Below, in pieces: positions 1-11,165 of a stretch of DNA of 64,000 nt. Origin of the DNA: Octopus bimaculoides (lineage: Eukaryota); contig NC_068981.1 of NCBI RefSeq assembly GCF_001194135.2, forward strand, positions 177,409,528 to 177,473,527, in the 5' to 3' direction. Made by a program: the position numbers and the translations under genes. Numbering within the stretch: position 1 is the first letter of the stretch; each line of letters starts with the position of its first letter. The notes below the pieces were generated by a model. The model was given only the letters and a program-made list of their open reading frames with translations, made no database searches and was not told the origin of the DNA.

Positions 1-335
1 GGAGAGAAGGATAGTCGAATACATCGACCCCAGTGTTTCACCGGTACTTAATTTATCGACTCCGAAAGGTTGAAATGTAAAGTCGAACTCGGCAGAATTT
101 GGACTCAGAACGTAGCGGCAGACGAAATACCACTTAGCATTTCGCCCGACGTGCTAACGATTCTCCCAGCTCGCCGCCTTAGATGTGATCCTAATAATCC
201 TTTTTACTATAGGCGCAAGGCCTGAAATTTGGGAGAGAAGGATAGTCGAATACATCGACCCCAGTGTTTCACCGGTACTTAATTTATCGACCCCGACAGA
301 ATTTGAACTCAGAATGCAGTAGCAGACGAAATACC
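1..335 (-). mobile_element. Two tandem copies of tRNA-derived SINE family A (head aaggcggcgagctgg..., central gtcgataaattaagtacc domain)
   Basis: 1-180 and about 190-335 repeat ggagagaaggatagtcgaatacatcgaccccagtgtttcaccggtacttaatttatcgac. The minus strand gives an A-box/B-box-like head (ctgagtccaaattc). The same family recurs at 19.4, 31.1, 32.4, 32.6, 49.4, 49.7 and 58.4 kb. Confidence 0.8.
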
Positions 336-1685
336 GATTTCTTTATTACCCATAAAGGGCTATACATAGAATTTTTAAGACATCACAAAACATAAAGACA
401 GTACAAAACGCAAACATAAAATCGGGGTAATTAAAATAAAATGATAATATGCAAGAATGAAAAAAAATGAGGCGCAATGTCCACTCGATCCCCGAAGTCG
501 GGTGGTTACATTTATCCAGTTTTTCACTTTTACGTTCAACGTATCAAACAGAGAAGAACCCGGTTGAGATTCGAACCGCAGTTCTTAGGTTTATCTAGTC
601 TAAAATTGCAATCTAAAATATTTCTACAAAAGGAAAATAGTCGCCATAAAAGAAAGAAAAAAGTATTAACGCTTACGCACTGTTTTATATATGGCCTAGC
701 CGGTGACTGCAAAGGAAGCGTGCAAGTTTCTCCACCAAACAGGTTCCATAACCTTCCAGGTTAACAGTTATTTAAAGGCGAGAACATTCAACTACTCTTG
801 GCTATTCTGGTAGATTCAACCTCATCAGAGAGCGACTTCGGAATCTGCATAAGTCGGTCGTTTTTCCATCTGGTAGTCTCTCAACATCTTTCTCCTCTAT
901 TCACAGGTCTTAATTAGTCGTGTCGATTAGCGAATATTCGTTATATTCCTGGTACCACTGACACAATATTAATTTTTTAAATTCACATATGTAAATACAA
1001 TGTGGTATTAGGAAAATATTTGGAAACTCAAATGAATCTTAGTATGGTTATTGCCAACACATGCAACCTAACATCCTACCTGATACGAAAACGGATAGAA
1101 AAGATAGAAGAAACAACCACACTAAATATGCTTCGTTAGAATTTGTTATAGATTAAACACGAGCCTAGTGGTGGTAGACTTTTGGCTCCAAATCCTCCAA
1201 ATTACACTTAAACAATATTTCCCCCGCATATCATTCGGGAAACTGAAAGGAAAGCGTCATACTCCTAGATCGCAGTTATATCACTAGTTTATTAGTTTCC
1301 GTCTTTCTTATAAAATGAAATGGGTTAAGTGATTTGATCTTCACTATTTGTTTCAGGGAAATTTGGTAGCTGTTTAGAAGCAGATTAAGCGACAACTTTT
1401 TAACTTTTGAGAACAAATATTAGTGGAATATGTTTCGGTTTCCTATTTGATAACTCTTCTACTTGTAAGTTTTTAAAAGTTATTTAACGAGATATTTATT
1501 TCGATCATGTAAATGCTAAAATGTAATTTTTAAAAGAAGAAAAAGAATGGACGTGTTGCATAAAACTGCAGCGGGCATAAAACTGCAGTGTAAAACAGCG
1601 AAGGTGACACGTAGGCTGTTTTATGTGGTTCAGGAAGTGCAATGCTTCCGAAGTGAAATCGTATGTCGTGTTAAACGAACTAGCA

Positions 1686-1691
<6 letters not shown>

Positions 1692-1721
<30 letters not shown>

Positions 1722-1969
1722 NNNNNNNNNNNNNNNNNNNNNNNNNNNNNNNNNNNNNNNNNNNNNNNNNNNNNNNNNNNNNNNNNNNNNNNNNNNNNNN
1801 NNNNNNNNNNNNNNNNNNNNNNNNNNNNNNNNNNNNNNNNNNNNNNNNNTGTGTGTATATATATATGTGTGTGTGTGTATATATATATGTGTGTGTGTGT
1901 ATATATATGTGTGTGTGTGTGTATATATATGTGTATATATGTGTGTGTATATATATGTGTATATATATA

Positions 1970-2000
<31 letters not shown>
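1692..2000. repeat. (TA)n/(TG)n compound microsatellite spanning an N gap (1722-1849)
   Basis: Seen directly. Confidence 0.95.
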
Positions 2001-2001
<1 letters not shown>

Positions 2002-2130
2002 AGTTTACTGTTCCGTTAAGATCAACAAAAGAAGTATTCCATCTAGTGAGAGATAAATATTATTCAATGTAGAGAGTACAAAGATACCAGCTACTTATAG
2101 TTTCTGGCATTGGAGACGCAGACTTTTATA

Positions 2131-2240
2131 ACACACCTTGCTTCTCAAAAACATAGTTCCAGATTCAGTCTCTCTGCGTGGCACCTTGGGCAAGTGTTTT
2201 CAACTATAGCCTCGGGCCAGCCAAAGTCTTGTGAGTGGAC
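2131..2240 (+). mobile_element. 5' fragment of CORE-type tRNA SINE family B
   Basis: gcgtggcaccttgggcaagtgttttcaactatagcctcgggcc matches the fuller copies at 6594, 10128 and 63280. Confidence 0.75.
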
Positions 2241-2945
2241 TTTACAAATAAATACATGAAAGTTTGATACAATATAAAGGACATAATGGAAATTAATATT
2301 GCACAAGTCAAATTTTGCAACACCACTACACCACATATGAAAAATGATATCGCTTAAATGGCAGCCATTTTCGGCTTCGCACGCCCGTGCTCTCTCGAAA
2401 ACTTGCACCATAACACCCTCAAGAGTTTCAGACCGGGCTAATCAAGTCTGGGGAACGTGAAGGCCAATTGACATTGCCGTAGCGGGAGATTATTCTCTCT
2501 CCAAAGCACTACCGTAGCAGCTGCATTGTTTCTCTTGCCGTATGAGCAGTTGCCTCATCTTGCTGGAACTATGTGTGGTCTACTTTGAATGGCCTTCGCG
2601 TTCCCCAGACTTGACTAGCCCGGATTTTTTTCTTTTGGGGGTACCGGAGACCCTGGTGCAAGTGAAGGAGAACGTCAATAGAGAAATCGGAGAAGTGGTG
2701 TCTGAAACTCATGAGGGTGTTGTGGTGCAAGTTTTCGAAAGAGCACAGACGTGTGAAGCCGAAAATGGCTGCCATTTAAGTGATGCCATTTTTCATGTGA
2801 TGTAGTGGTGTTGCAAAATTTGACTTGTGCGCATTATAATCTCCATTATGTCCTTTATATTGTATCAAAATTTCATGCATTTATTTGTAAAGTTAAGGAA
2901 GTTATTAAAATTTGAAACCATCAGTGACTTTTGGGACACCATGTA
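2239..2945 (+). mobile_element. Tc1/mariner (maT-like) transposase 3' end with right TIR, preceded by an inverted, internally deleted copy of itself
   Basis: Translation WPSRSPDLTSPDFFLLG matches the WPxxSPDLxPxDFxLWG motif. The end ttttgggacaccatgTA resembles the caggxtgtcccaaaa TIR at 15031. 2239-2465 is the reverse complement of 2589-2623 plus 2700-2893. Confidence 0.75.
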
Positions 2946-2995
2946 TGTATATGTATGTATATATGTATATGTGTGTGTGTATATATATATATATA

Positions 2996-3049
<54 letters not shown>

Positions 3050-3254
3050 TAAAATCTGGTAATTAATCATATATTAATTAATATCGATTAATTATCAGGA
3101 GGCCAGCACATCTAAAGAATCAAAGAGATTCAGAAATATTATCTGCAATCTCAGGGGATTAAGGTACATTTTTAAAAATAACGTCGACCACTAACGTGGA
3201 CAATTAATGCGCTAGAAATAGATCACATCTTGTGTCTATTAAGACCTAAATTGT

Positions 3255-3297
<43 letters not shown>

Positions 3298-3686
3298 ATA
3301 TAGTTTACTTTTCCGTTAAGNNNNNNNNNNNNNNNNNNNNNNNNNNNNNNNNNNNNNNNNNNNNNNNNNNNNNNNNNNNNNNNNNNNNNNNNNNNNNNNT
3401 CCAGGAATATATCTGCAGAAAATATTTACTGCGTCGTATATATTCAGTATGAGAACATGGGTAATGGGTAAAATATTATTATAAAATCTGGTAATTAATC
3501 ATATATTAATTAATATCGATTAATTATCAGGAGGCCAGCACATCTAAAGAATCAAAGAGATTCAGAAATATTATCTGCAATCTCAGGGGATTAAGGTACA
3601 TTTTTAAAAATAACGTCGACCACTAACGTGGACAATTAATGCGCTAGAAATAGATCACATCTTGTGTCTATTAAGACCTAAATTGT

Positions 3687-3729
<43 letters not shown>

Positions 3730-3868
3730 ATATAGTTTACTTTTCCGTTAAGATAAAATCAACAAAATGAGTAATACTTCATCCAGTGAGAGATATCATC
3801 TAATGTACACAGTGTAAAGTTGCGAGCTACTAATAGTTTCATGCATAGGACACAGAAAACGGATCTTT

Positions 3869-4456
3869 GTGGTTTCGTCACTGTTTACAATTATCTTTAA
3901 AAAAAATTCTTAATGTATCATATAGATGTAATTTTTTACGCTGAATCCGAATTTGTTATTCATTTATTCTAGAAATATTTTTGCAAAAACGTTACAGGCA
4001 TTCAAAGTGTGATAATTTTCAAAATTTTCAGGCAATCAGAAAACAGCACGTTCGCTGCTTCTTCCATCATCAGTGGAGAGGGAGCATTGGCATGTCAAAA
4101 CATTAAACTACTACTTTATAAATTATCTTTCTCGTATCTCCTTCTCCTCCTTGTGCGCATGCGCAGCATCTTTGGTTGCTATAGAAACAGTTCTTCGCAA
4201 TCAGCTGTGCAACACGTGGTGCCTCTTTGTTTTGGTTACTATGGAAATAGAAATTATCGCTACGGTGATATGTAAAATACTCGCTTCTGATTGGCTAAAA
4301 TACCCAAATTTTGCAAATTTTAAAAGCTAATAACTTTTTTAACTATGGATTTATAGGGAAAATGAATTTCATTTTCATAATTAGTATACAAAACTTCATC
4401 CATATACCAAATTTGAAAACAATTGGAACAAAATTGTAAACAGTGGCGAAAACCAC
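3869..4456. mobile_element. MITE-like element bounded by ~24-bp inverted repeats
   Basis: gtggtttcgtcactgtttacaatt (3869-3892) versus aattgtaaacagtggcgaaaaccac (4432-4456): one indel and one mismatch. Outer termini and TSD are not resolved. Confidence 0.55.
4154..4296. promoter_or_regulatory. Cluster of promoter-type motifs (NRF1-like, two X-box-like, E-box, CCAAT)
   Basis: TGCGCATGCGCA 4154-4165; GTTGCTATAGAAAC 4175-4188; CACGTG 4213-4218; GTTACTATGGAAAT 4235-4248; CTGATTGGCT 4287-4296. Motif matches only, no functional evidence. Confidence 0.35.
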
Positions 4457-4469
4457 TAGTTTCCTTGGA

Positions 4470-4780
4470 TGCAACTATTTTACTCTACGTAATTGATCAG
4501 CCTGCTGCATGTCATTCATGAGCGCGTGTGGCTTAGTATCATATATCATATTTTCGCTAATTGTTTTACGTAGTTGTGAACAGACACAGACGCCATCACC
4601 CCTTAACTCAGCGGCACATCTAGGACAGCTGAGGAGAGAGAGCTGTACCCACATCCAGCTGGTACTCATTTACAGCTAAGTGAAGCAACACCTTGCTTAA
4701 GGATAGATACTGCGTGCCGCTCGTTCAGGAACTGAGCCCACCACGACCTTATGATCGTGAGCCGAATACACTAACCCAAA
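4470..4780 (-). mobile_element. tRNA-derived SINE (third family)
   Basis: The minus strand begins with a tRNA-like head (gggttagtgtattcggctcacgatcataaggtcgtgg...agttcctg), followed by ccttaagcaagg and gtaaatgagtaccagct SINE core motifs. Confidence 0.55.
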
Positions 4781-6593
4781 GGTCACACTACAAATAGTAT
4801 CCAAATTTCCTTCAACAATAACTTACCTCCAAATTTTATTTCAAGTCACGAGAGAGCTTCTAACGCGTCACTCAACCTGTCAGAAATAGCAACCAAATCT
4901 ACCTTACATTACATCTTACTATCATGGAAAAAAGGGAACGATACATCTGATACTGAAATCATAGACATCTTTAAATAGACAGGATAGTCGTATCTGGAAT
5001 GCGTTTGATCGTTAGTTTGCTCAGTGACATAAGCCCCAAATGCTCTTTAATGATTGTTGCTCATCTACACTTCAGACATGACATCAAAGTTCAAATGAAT
5101 TAATGTATGAGAAAGGTCTACATACATAATGATGTTCTGAACCCTAGTGGAAGAAACCCTTGGAAACCACTTGAACTGTTGCACCCTTGAAATTTCAAGT
5201 TTTTGCTCATCAAAACAAGCTTATTACAGACGACACTTTGTAAACTAGAAGTAAAGGCTATTAATATGCAGGATGCATTCAGAACTGATTTATTCTTATA
5301 TTATCTACAAAGGAATCAAACAACTAGCCTCACACATCTATACCGGAAACTAGCTTACTGACATAAAGGCAGTCAATTACGACACCCTGTCACATAGGTC
5401 GAACTTGTGCAAAGTAGGGAAGTGATACATGTGCAGCAGTATACATTAAAACACTATGGGGTTGTATGAAAAGAAATCTGTAGACACTGATATTTTTATT
5501 TAAGGTTACACACACGTACAGCCGTTTATCTTAATCGCCTCACATACTGACCTTTCAGCAGTCCATTTTATCCCGCTTTCACGAATATTTTTCTTGTAAG
5601 ACGAAAGAAAGGCAAAAGAAAAGATTTACAAACAAACTGACTCAGCCGTAGGTAAGGAGAGGACAAAAGAAATTGAGAGGCAGACAGAAAGATAAACAAA
5701 ATAAAGACATAGAAGGGGTGTCATGTGAACCTTTAACAGCAGCTAACAATATTTTGTTAGCACGTGGAGTGACACAGACAAAGCTTGTTCGGTATTTAAC
5801 AGATTTACGAAGAGACCCCCTCTTCCTTTCAGTCACTGACTGACTTCTCTGAACCATCCCCTACCTCTTCCGCAACTCAACTCCGACGAAGAATACACCT
5901 CACTAGCAGTCAGCCATGAACTTTGTGTTAATTCCTTTCTTTACAACAGAGATACATTTTTATTATTGTTGTAGTAATTCTGTAGTGAGTGCTCCAAATT
6001 TGTCGCGGTTTTCATTTCATACGTTTTATTTTATTTATTATGCTTCTTGTTAAAACTTCACGCACAGTCCACAAGTCTACCATAAAAGCTTTTCTAAACA
6101 ATACAATGCAACTCTGTTACCTGAGATTGAGCAGGTGGTTTAACGTTTCAATTGAAATTTTATAGAAGTACCAAACCCAATATCCGATGTCAAACAGAGT
6201 TCACATTTTTACGATTACAATTTTTACGGTGATACAAAATGACTCTATTTCAGTCCAAACAGTAATTAAGTTGAGCTTCCAGTACCACGACTATTAGTTG
6301 ATCTGAAATCGCTAAATACAATAGAATTGTGTGGAAAATGACAAAAAGATGAATAATCTATGCTTAAGGCTATATATTTTAATTGTATTTTAAACAATGT
6401 TTCTTTTACTTCTTGAACATTATTTATTTTCAGCAACTCTAATTTTAACTTTTAATGTTACTATAATTTTAAACAATATTATCTTAAAACAGAGATTATT
6501 ACTGCGAATGTGTATAGTGAGTTCATAGTGAAGTTCCCTGTGAATGATATCAGCAATATGATTTTGATTCTTGCTTTGCAAAACTCAAGTAGT

Positions 6594-6895
6594 AGGCGCA
6601 GGCATGACTATGTGGTAAGAAGTTGGCATTCCAACCAAATGGTTCCAGGTTCAGCCCCACTGTGTGACACCTTAGGCAAGTGTCTTCTACTATAGCCCCA
6701 GGTCAACCAAAAGCTTGTGAGTGGATTTGGTAGATGGAAACAGAATGAAACCTGTCATAAATATATGTGTGTGTATCTTTCTATTGGTTGTTGGTATGTT
6801 TATGTTCCTGTAATGTAATGGTTCAGCAAAGAGACAAGGCAATGCCCCAGCATAGCTGCAACCCAGTGACTGAAACAAGTAAGAGATGAAAGTGT
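6594..6895 (+). mobile_element. CORE-type tRNA SINE family B
   Basis: Head ggcgcaggcatgactatgtggtaagaag...ggttccaggttcag, core gtgacaccttaggcaagtgtcttc, tail gactgaaacaagtaagag. Confidence 0.85.
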
Positions 6896-8129
6896 TTAAT
6901 GCTATTAAGGAAGATATGAAAGTTACAACCTCTTGTTTTGCATTTCCTTTAACTTTTGTTCAAATAAGTTTTACATTTTAATAACACTTGTTTCAGGAAA
7001 TAAATAAATAGGTCCACCCCACCCACCCAAAAACGGCAAAAATTCTAAAAAAACAAATTTTTGTGTTTCAAAAAAATTATTTCTATTCATTTGTTATATG
7101 TATAAGGCCAAAAACAACAGGACCATTGTATACTTTAATGCTATGCTTAAGCAGTAAACTGATTGTTTGAATGTATTCATTCAAGATCCATTATAAAACA
7201 AACAATGTGGTGACCAATGAGCAGGAAGGAAGAAGTTTGGGGTTATGTCAAAGATCCTCATCAACAAAGTCATCCTTAAAGAAGCGAAGCAGTACCAACG
7301 AAGTTTTATAACTCATGGCTAAACTAAATGAAGATGTCGCTGTCTATCATTCATAGATACTATAGTTACTACACTTTGCCAAGGTCAGCTGCTGAAGTTG
7401 ATGCCATTTAGGAACTGACAATATGATCCACAGGGCTATCAATAAGAACTGAAGCTTCTATTATAGTCACTAACAAAATTATATTATTGATAAAATATAA
7501 TGGACTGTTTGTCTGTGATATTTTTCATCTTAACAGTGAACCGCTTGTCAACTCCAACAAGGAAATGCAAAGGTTATATGATAGAGACATCCTTCAGTTT
7601 CTGTGATCGATATTATTAAGGCCTTCTAGACTGGCATATTGATGTTGTTGATGCTTGTGAAAAGTGAGGGATTACCAAAGGATGGTAGTTCTGAGGCGGA
7701 CTGGTTTATACTAGTACTTAATATGGGCTTAGAAGGTGAAATTTAATAGAAATCTAAAGAAAATGAAGGCAGGAACAATAGATGGATTTGGGTGTATATA
7801 ATGCACAACAGTGGCAAAGGGTGACTTAGAAACCAAGGCATGCAACCCACGATGCAAGCCAATCACCAAGGTCGAGAATGGGGTAGGGGAAACCTCACCA
7901 AAAACTACTGAGCCCCACTCCATCTGCGAATGTGATGTGAACAAATTTTAATGTGAGAAAATGCACTTCTAACAACAGAGCATGCTTTGGGTTTGATACT
8001 TTTCTCCACTGGACTTGATGTTTCCCCATTAGCAATATGCTGGTGATAGGTCTGCCATGATGACCGTTATTGGTTACAAAAGAAATCTGAGAAAATAATA
8101 GAATCTACGAATAATGAGCTATTTAAAAT

Positions 8130-9790
8130 TTATTTGTAAATTAGTTCAAATCCTTCATTTCTTTTTGGCAAATCCATCGATCACTTTGGTATAAAATGTA
8201 TTAGCACCACACTATCTTCATCTTCTTCAAAAGATCTTTAGTCATGGAAATGGCAACCAAATTACTCATCTCTTCATTTTGAGAACACAATTATCTACTC
8301 ACTTTTATGAAGAAAGCGATTTCTCACAGTAAGTATTGGGTCATCTCATAAATAATGTGATTCTTTTCAATTGCATGAACTAAAAGTCAGAGGGGGACAG
8401 GATAAACTACCTGCATCAACTTGTTATAAAAGCAGGAAGTCAGTTTGAGCGACTTAAGTCAGCACTAGAAGAAAAATGACCATTTTTGGTTTCAAGACGA
8501 AAGGTGTTCTTCCATCAGGAGAATGCTCAGTCACATACAGCAAGGATGATATTCCAAAGGCAGTTTGAATGAGAAATGATGCCCCACCCACCATATTTGC
8601 CAGACATTGCCCCATCTGATTATCATTTATTCCACAGTCTTCAAAATCATTTGGACAGAAAAAATATGAATTCAGTAGACAAGGTCAGAACAGTACTGGA
8701 GGTGTATTTTTCATCATGGACAAGTGAATTTTGGAAAAGGGGCCTTGCAAGTCTACCAGAAGAGCATTGTAGAAAATGAAGGAGAGTATATTTTAGATTA
8801 AAGAACTTTGTTTATCTTAATTTTGAAAAATAAAAGAAGTATAAAAAAACATGCATTATTTATGGGATGACCCAATACATGTGGCAGGTATGGTCAAAAT
8901 CAGATGTCATTTTGTTACTTCAGCCAGACCTTGATTTAGTTCAAGCTCCCAAATTATGTCTGCGACTTCTTGGATGTTTGACACTTGCTTTGCAAAATCT
9001 GCAGCATAAACTGATTTCAGCTCACATTTCATTCCTTCTAAATCCAATATGCTTTTATAGACATCCAAAGATGAAAACATTTCCATCAATAATTTTTTCA
9101 TAAGTGTGAAAAAGCTTCAGATTCAACAAACAATTCAACAAATCTTTGCTCAATGTGAACAATAACTGCACTTGAAAGTCCGGAATATATGCAGTTGGCA
9201 TTTTTCTTCATGAAATCTAAATGCAATGCTAAACAATCATTGTATTCTGCTACTGCTTCACATATAGCCAGAAAATTACCCTTATTGTTTGATTCCTGTG
9301 TTTTATTGTGTCCTTCAAATGGTAACTCTTGATAGGCCTGAATTTCAATACAATGAATTAAACTTTTCAATATATCATGATTTTTCTTAACTGATCTGTT
9401 ATGGAACTGAATTGAAGCTGCTTTCCAGTGATTAATCACTATTAATTCGTTGTTAGCCAAAGGTGTTTAGAGCAATTATAGAATTTAGATGGTTTTGAGA
9501 TTTTTGCATTTTGTCAAATGATCCAAATTGCAGTAGCCAGTTGTTATCCACGTGTTCTTATGCTGACAAAATAATAGACATGGGAAACAGAAAAATTTGT
9601 TCAGAATGGGGACATCCTGTCATTCACTCAAACTCTTCATAATACTTAAAATCAAAATACGATGCCATTCCTTACTGCCCACTTTGGTTTTGATTTTCAT
9701 TTCAAGCCTTGGCTTCTCTTTTCCAAAAATGCGATGCTTCTTGCTGCAAAGGTCAAGAAAGTACTGAGTAAACTGAACTAATTGACTCTT
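8130..9790 (-). pseudogene. Decayed hAT transposase (TTF zinc finger, DUF4371-like and hATC dimerisation regions), internally deleted and interrupted by a mariner
   Basis: Minus-strand fragments IFCFPCLLF, LPFEGHNKTQESNNKGNFLAI and ELKSVY. Removing the mariner restores ILTIPATCTYCEKSLSS. Many stops and frameshifts. Confidence 0.8.
8336..8875 (+). mobile_element. Internally deleted mariner (DD34D) with both TIRs and TA target duplication
   Basis: TA-ttgggtcatctcataaataatg ... cattatttatgggatgacccaa-TA. Encodes HPPYLPDIAPSDYHLFHSLQNHL. Confidence 0.9.
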
Positions 9791-10127
9791 TTGCCATCCT
9801 GGGGGTGAAAGTGTGAAAAATGTTACTGAGTTATAATCTTTTTAAATGAATCAAAGCTTTATTCTAACAAAAAATTTAGGTGCTAGTTTACTTTTTACAT
9901 AACCTTTTTTAAATAATTTTAAATATTTAAAATTAAATTTTAAAGCATTGGTACAGATAAATGGATGCAAACTTAACTTTTTAATCCCCCAAAATAAATG
10001 TTGCCAGTTTCTTCTTTTTTCTCCAAGTGTGTACTAGTCAAGAAGAAAACTCTGAGGTCACATGACTGAATTTGGGTCTTAAGAAGGGGTCAAGAATATT
10101 CTCCATTGGGTTAAATCTTCTAAAAAA

Positions 10128-10319
10128 GCAGGCATGGCTGTGTAGTAAGAAGCTTGCTTCCCAACTACATGGTTCCAGGTTCAGTCCTGCTGTGTAGCAC
10201 CTTGAGCAAGTATCTTCAACTACAGCCTTAGGCCAACTAAAGCCATGAATGAATTTGGTCGATTCGTTCATGAATCTGGTTTGAATGAATTTGGTAGATG
10301 GTAACTGAAAAGAGCCTGT

Positions 10320-10388
<69 letters not shown>

Positions 10389-10600
10389 TTGTGTCTGTAT
10401 TTATCCGCCACTACCACTTGAAAACCGGCCTTGGTGTGTTTATGTTCCCATAACTTAGTGGTTTGGCATAGAACCAATAAAAGAAGTACCAGGCTTAAAA
10501 AAAGTACTGGGGTTAATTATTTGACTAAAAATTCTTCAAGATGGTGCCCCACCATGGCCACAATCTAATGATTGAAACAAGTAAAAGATAAAAGATAAAA
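10128..10600 (+). mobile_element. CORE-type tRNA SINE family B, full length with internal (TA)n(TG)n
   Basis: Same head, core and tail as the 6594 and 63280 copies. Confidence 0.85.
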
Positions 10601-10830
10601 TATATACTTTTCAGTACTGAATAATCATACAAAATGAACCAGGATCAGTAATAACACAAACTTGCAGATTGACTAAATACTCATTTATCATCTAAATCTG
10701 TCCAACTATGAGGAAAGCTTTAAGTCCTTTGAATAGGCAAGTTTTTGATCTCTGCTGCACAGGGCAGTAAAAATATCAGCACTGCAAGAGAAAATATGTT
10801 GGCAGCTTGTTTGCTAGCTAACATGGCTAG

Positions 10831-11165
10831 AAGGCAAGTAGAAAAGAATCTGCTTTTCTCTGCCTTTCTCTTGACCACTCACTTATTTGCTTTGTCTCTC
10901 CTGTTCATGCTCCCTTCTCAGAGAGAATAATAGAATACGAAGAAACTAACACCACTGCTTCTTACCGAAAGCAAGCAGTAAAAAATCTGTTGTTCTCTCT
11001 CTTGACCACTCATTCGTTTTGTTTCTCATTTTGATGCTCCCTTCTTGAAGAGGATAATAGAATACAGAGAAACTAACAACCTTGCTTTTTTTTTTTAGTA
11101 TGACTGAAAGCAAGCAGGAAAAATCTGTTTTTCTCTGTCCTTCTCTCTCTTGACCTCTCACTCAT
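10831..11165. repeat. Diverged tandem repeat, ~136-139-bp unit, ~2.4 copies
   Basis: aaatctg...ctcttgaccactca...gatgctcccttct...aatagaatac...gaaactaaca recurs at about 10831, 10967 and 11106. Confidence 0.75.

Noticed and set aside
3047-3752. Apparently identical 274-bp direct repeat (3047-3320 and 3479-3752)
   Set aside because: The first copy ends exactly at an N gap, which points to a scaffolding overlap artefact rather than biology.
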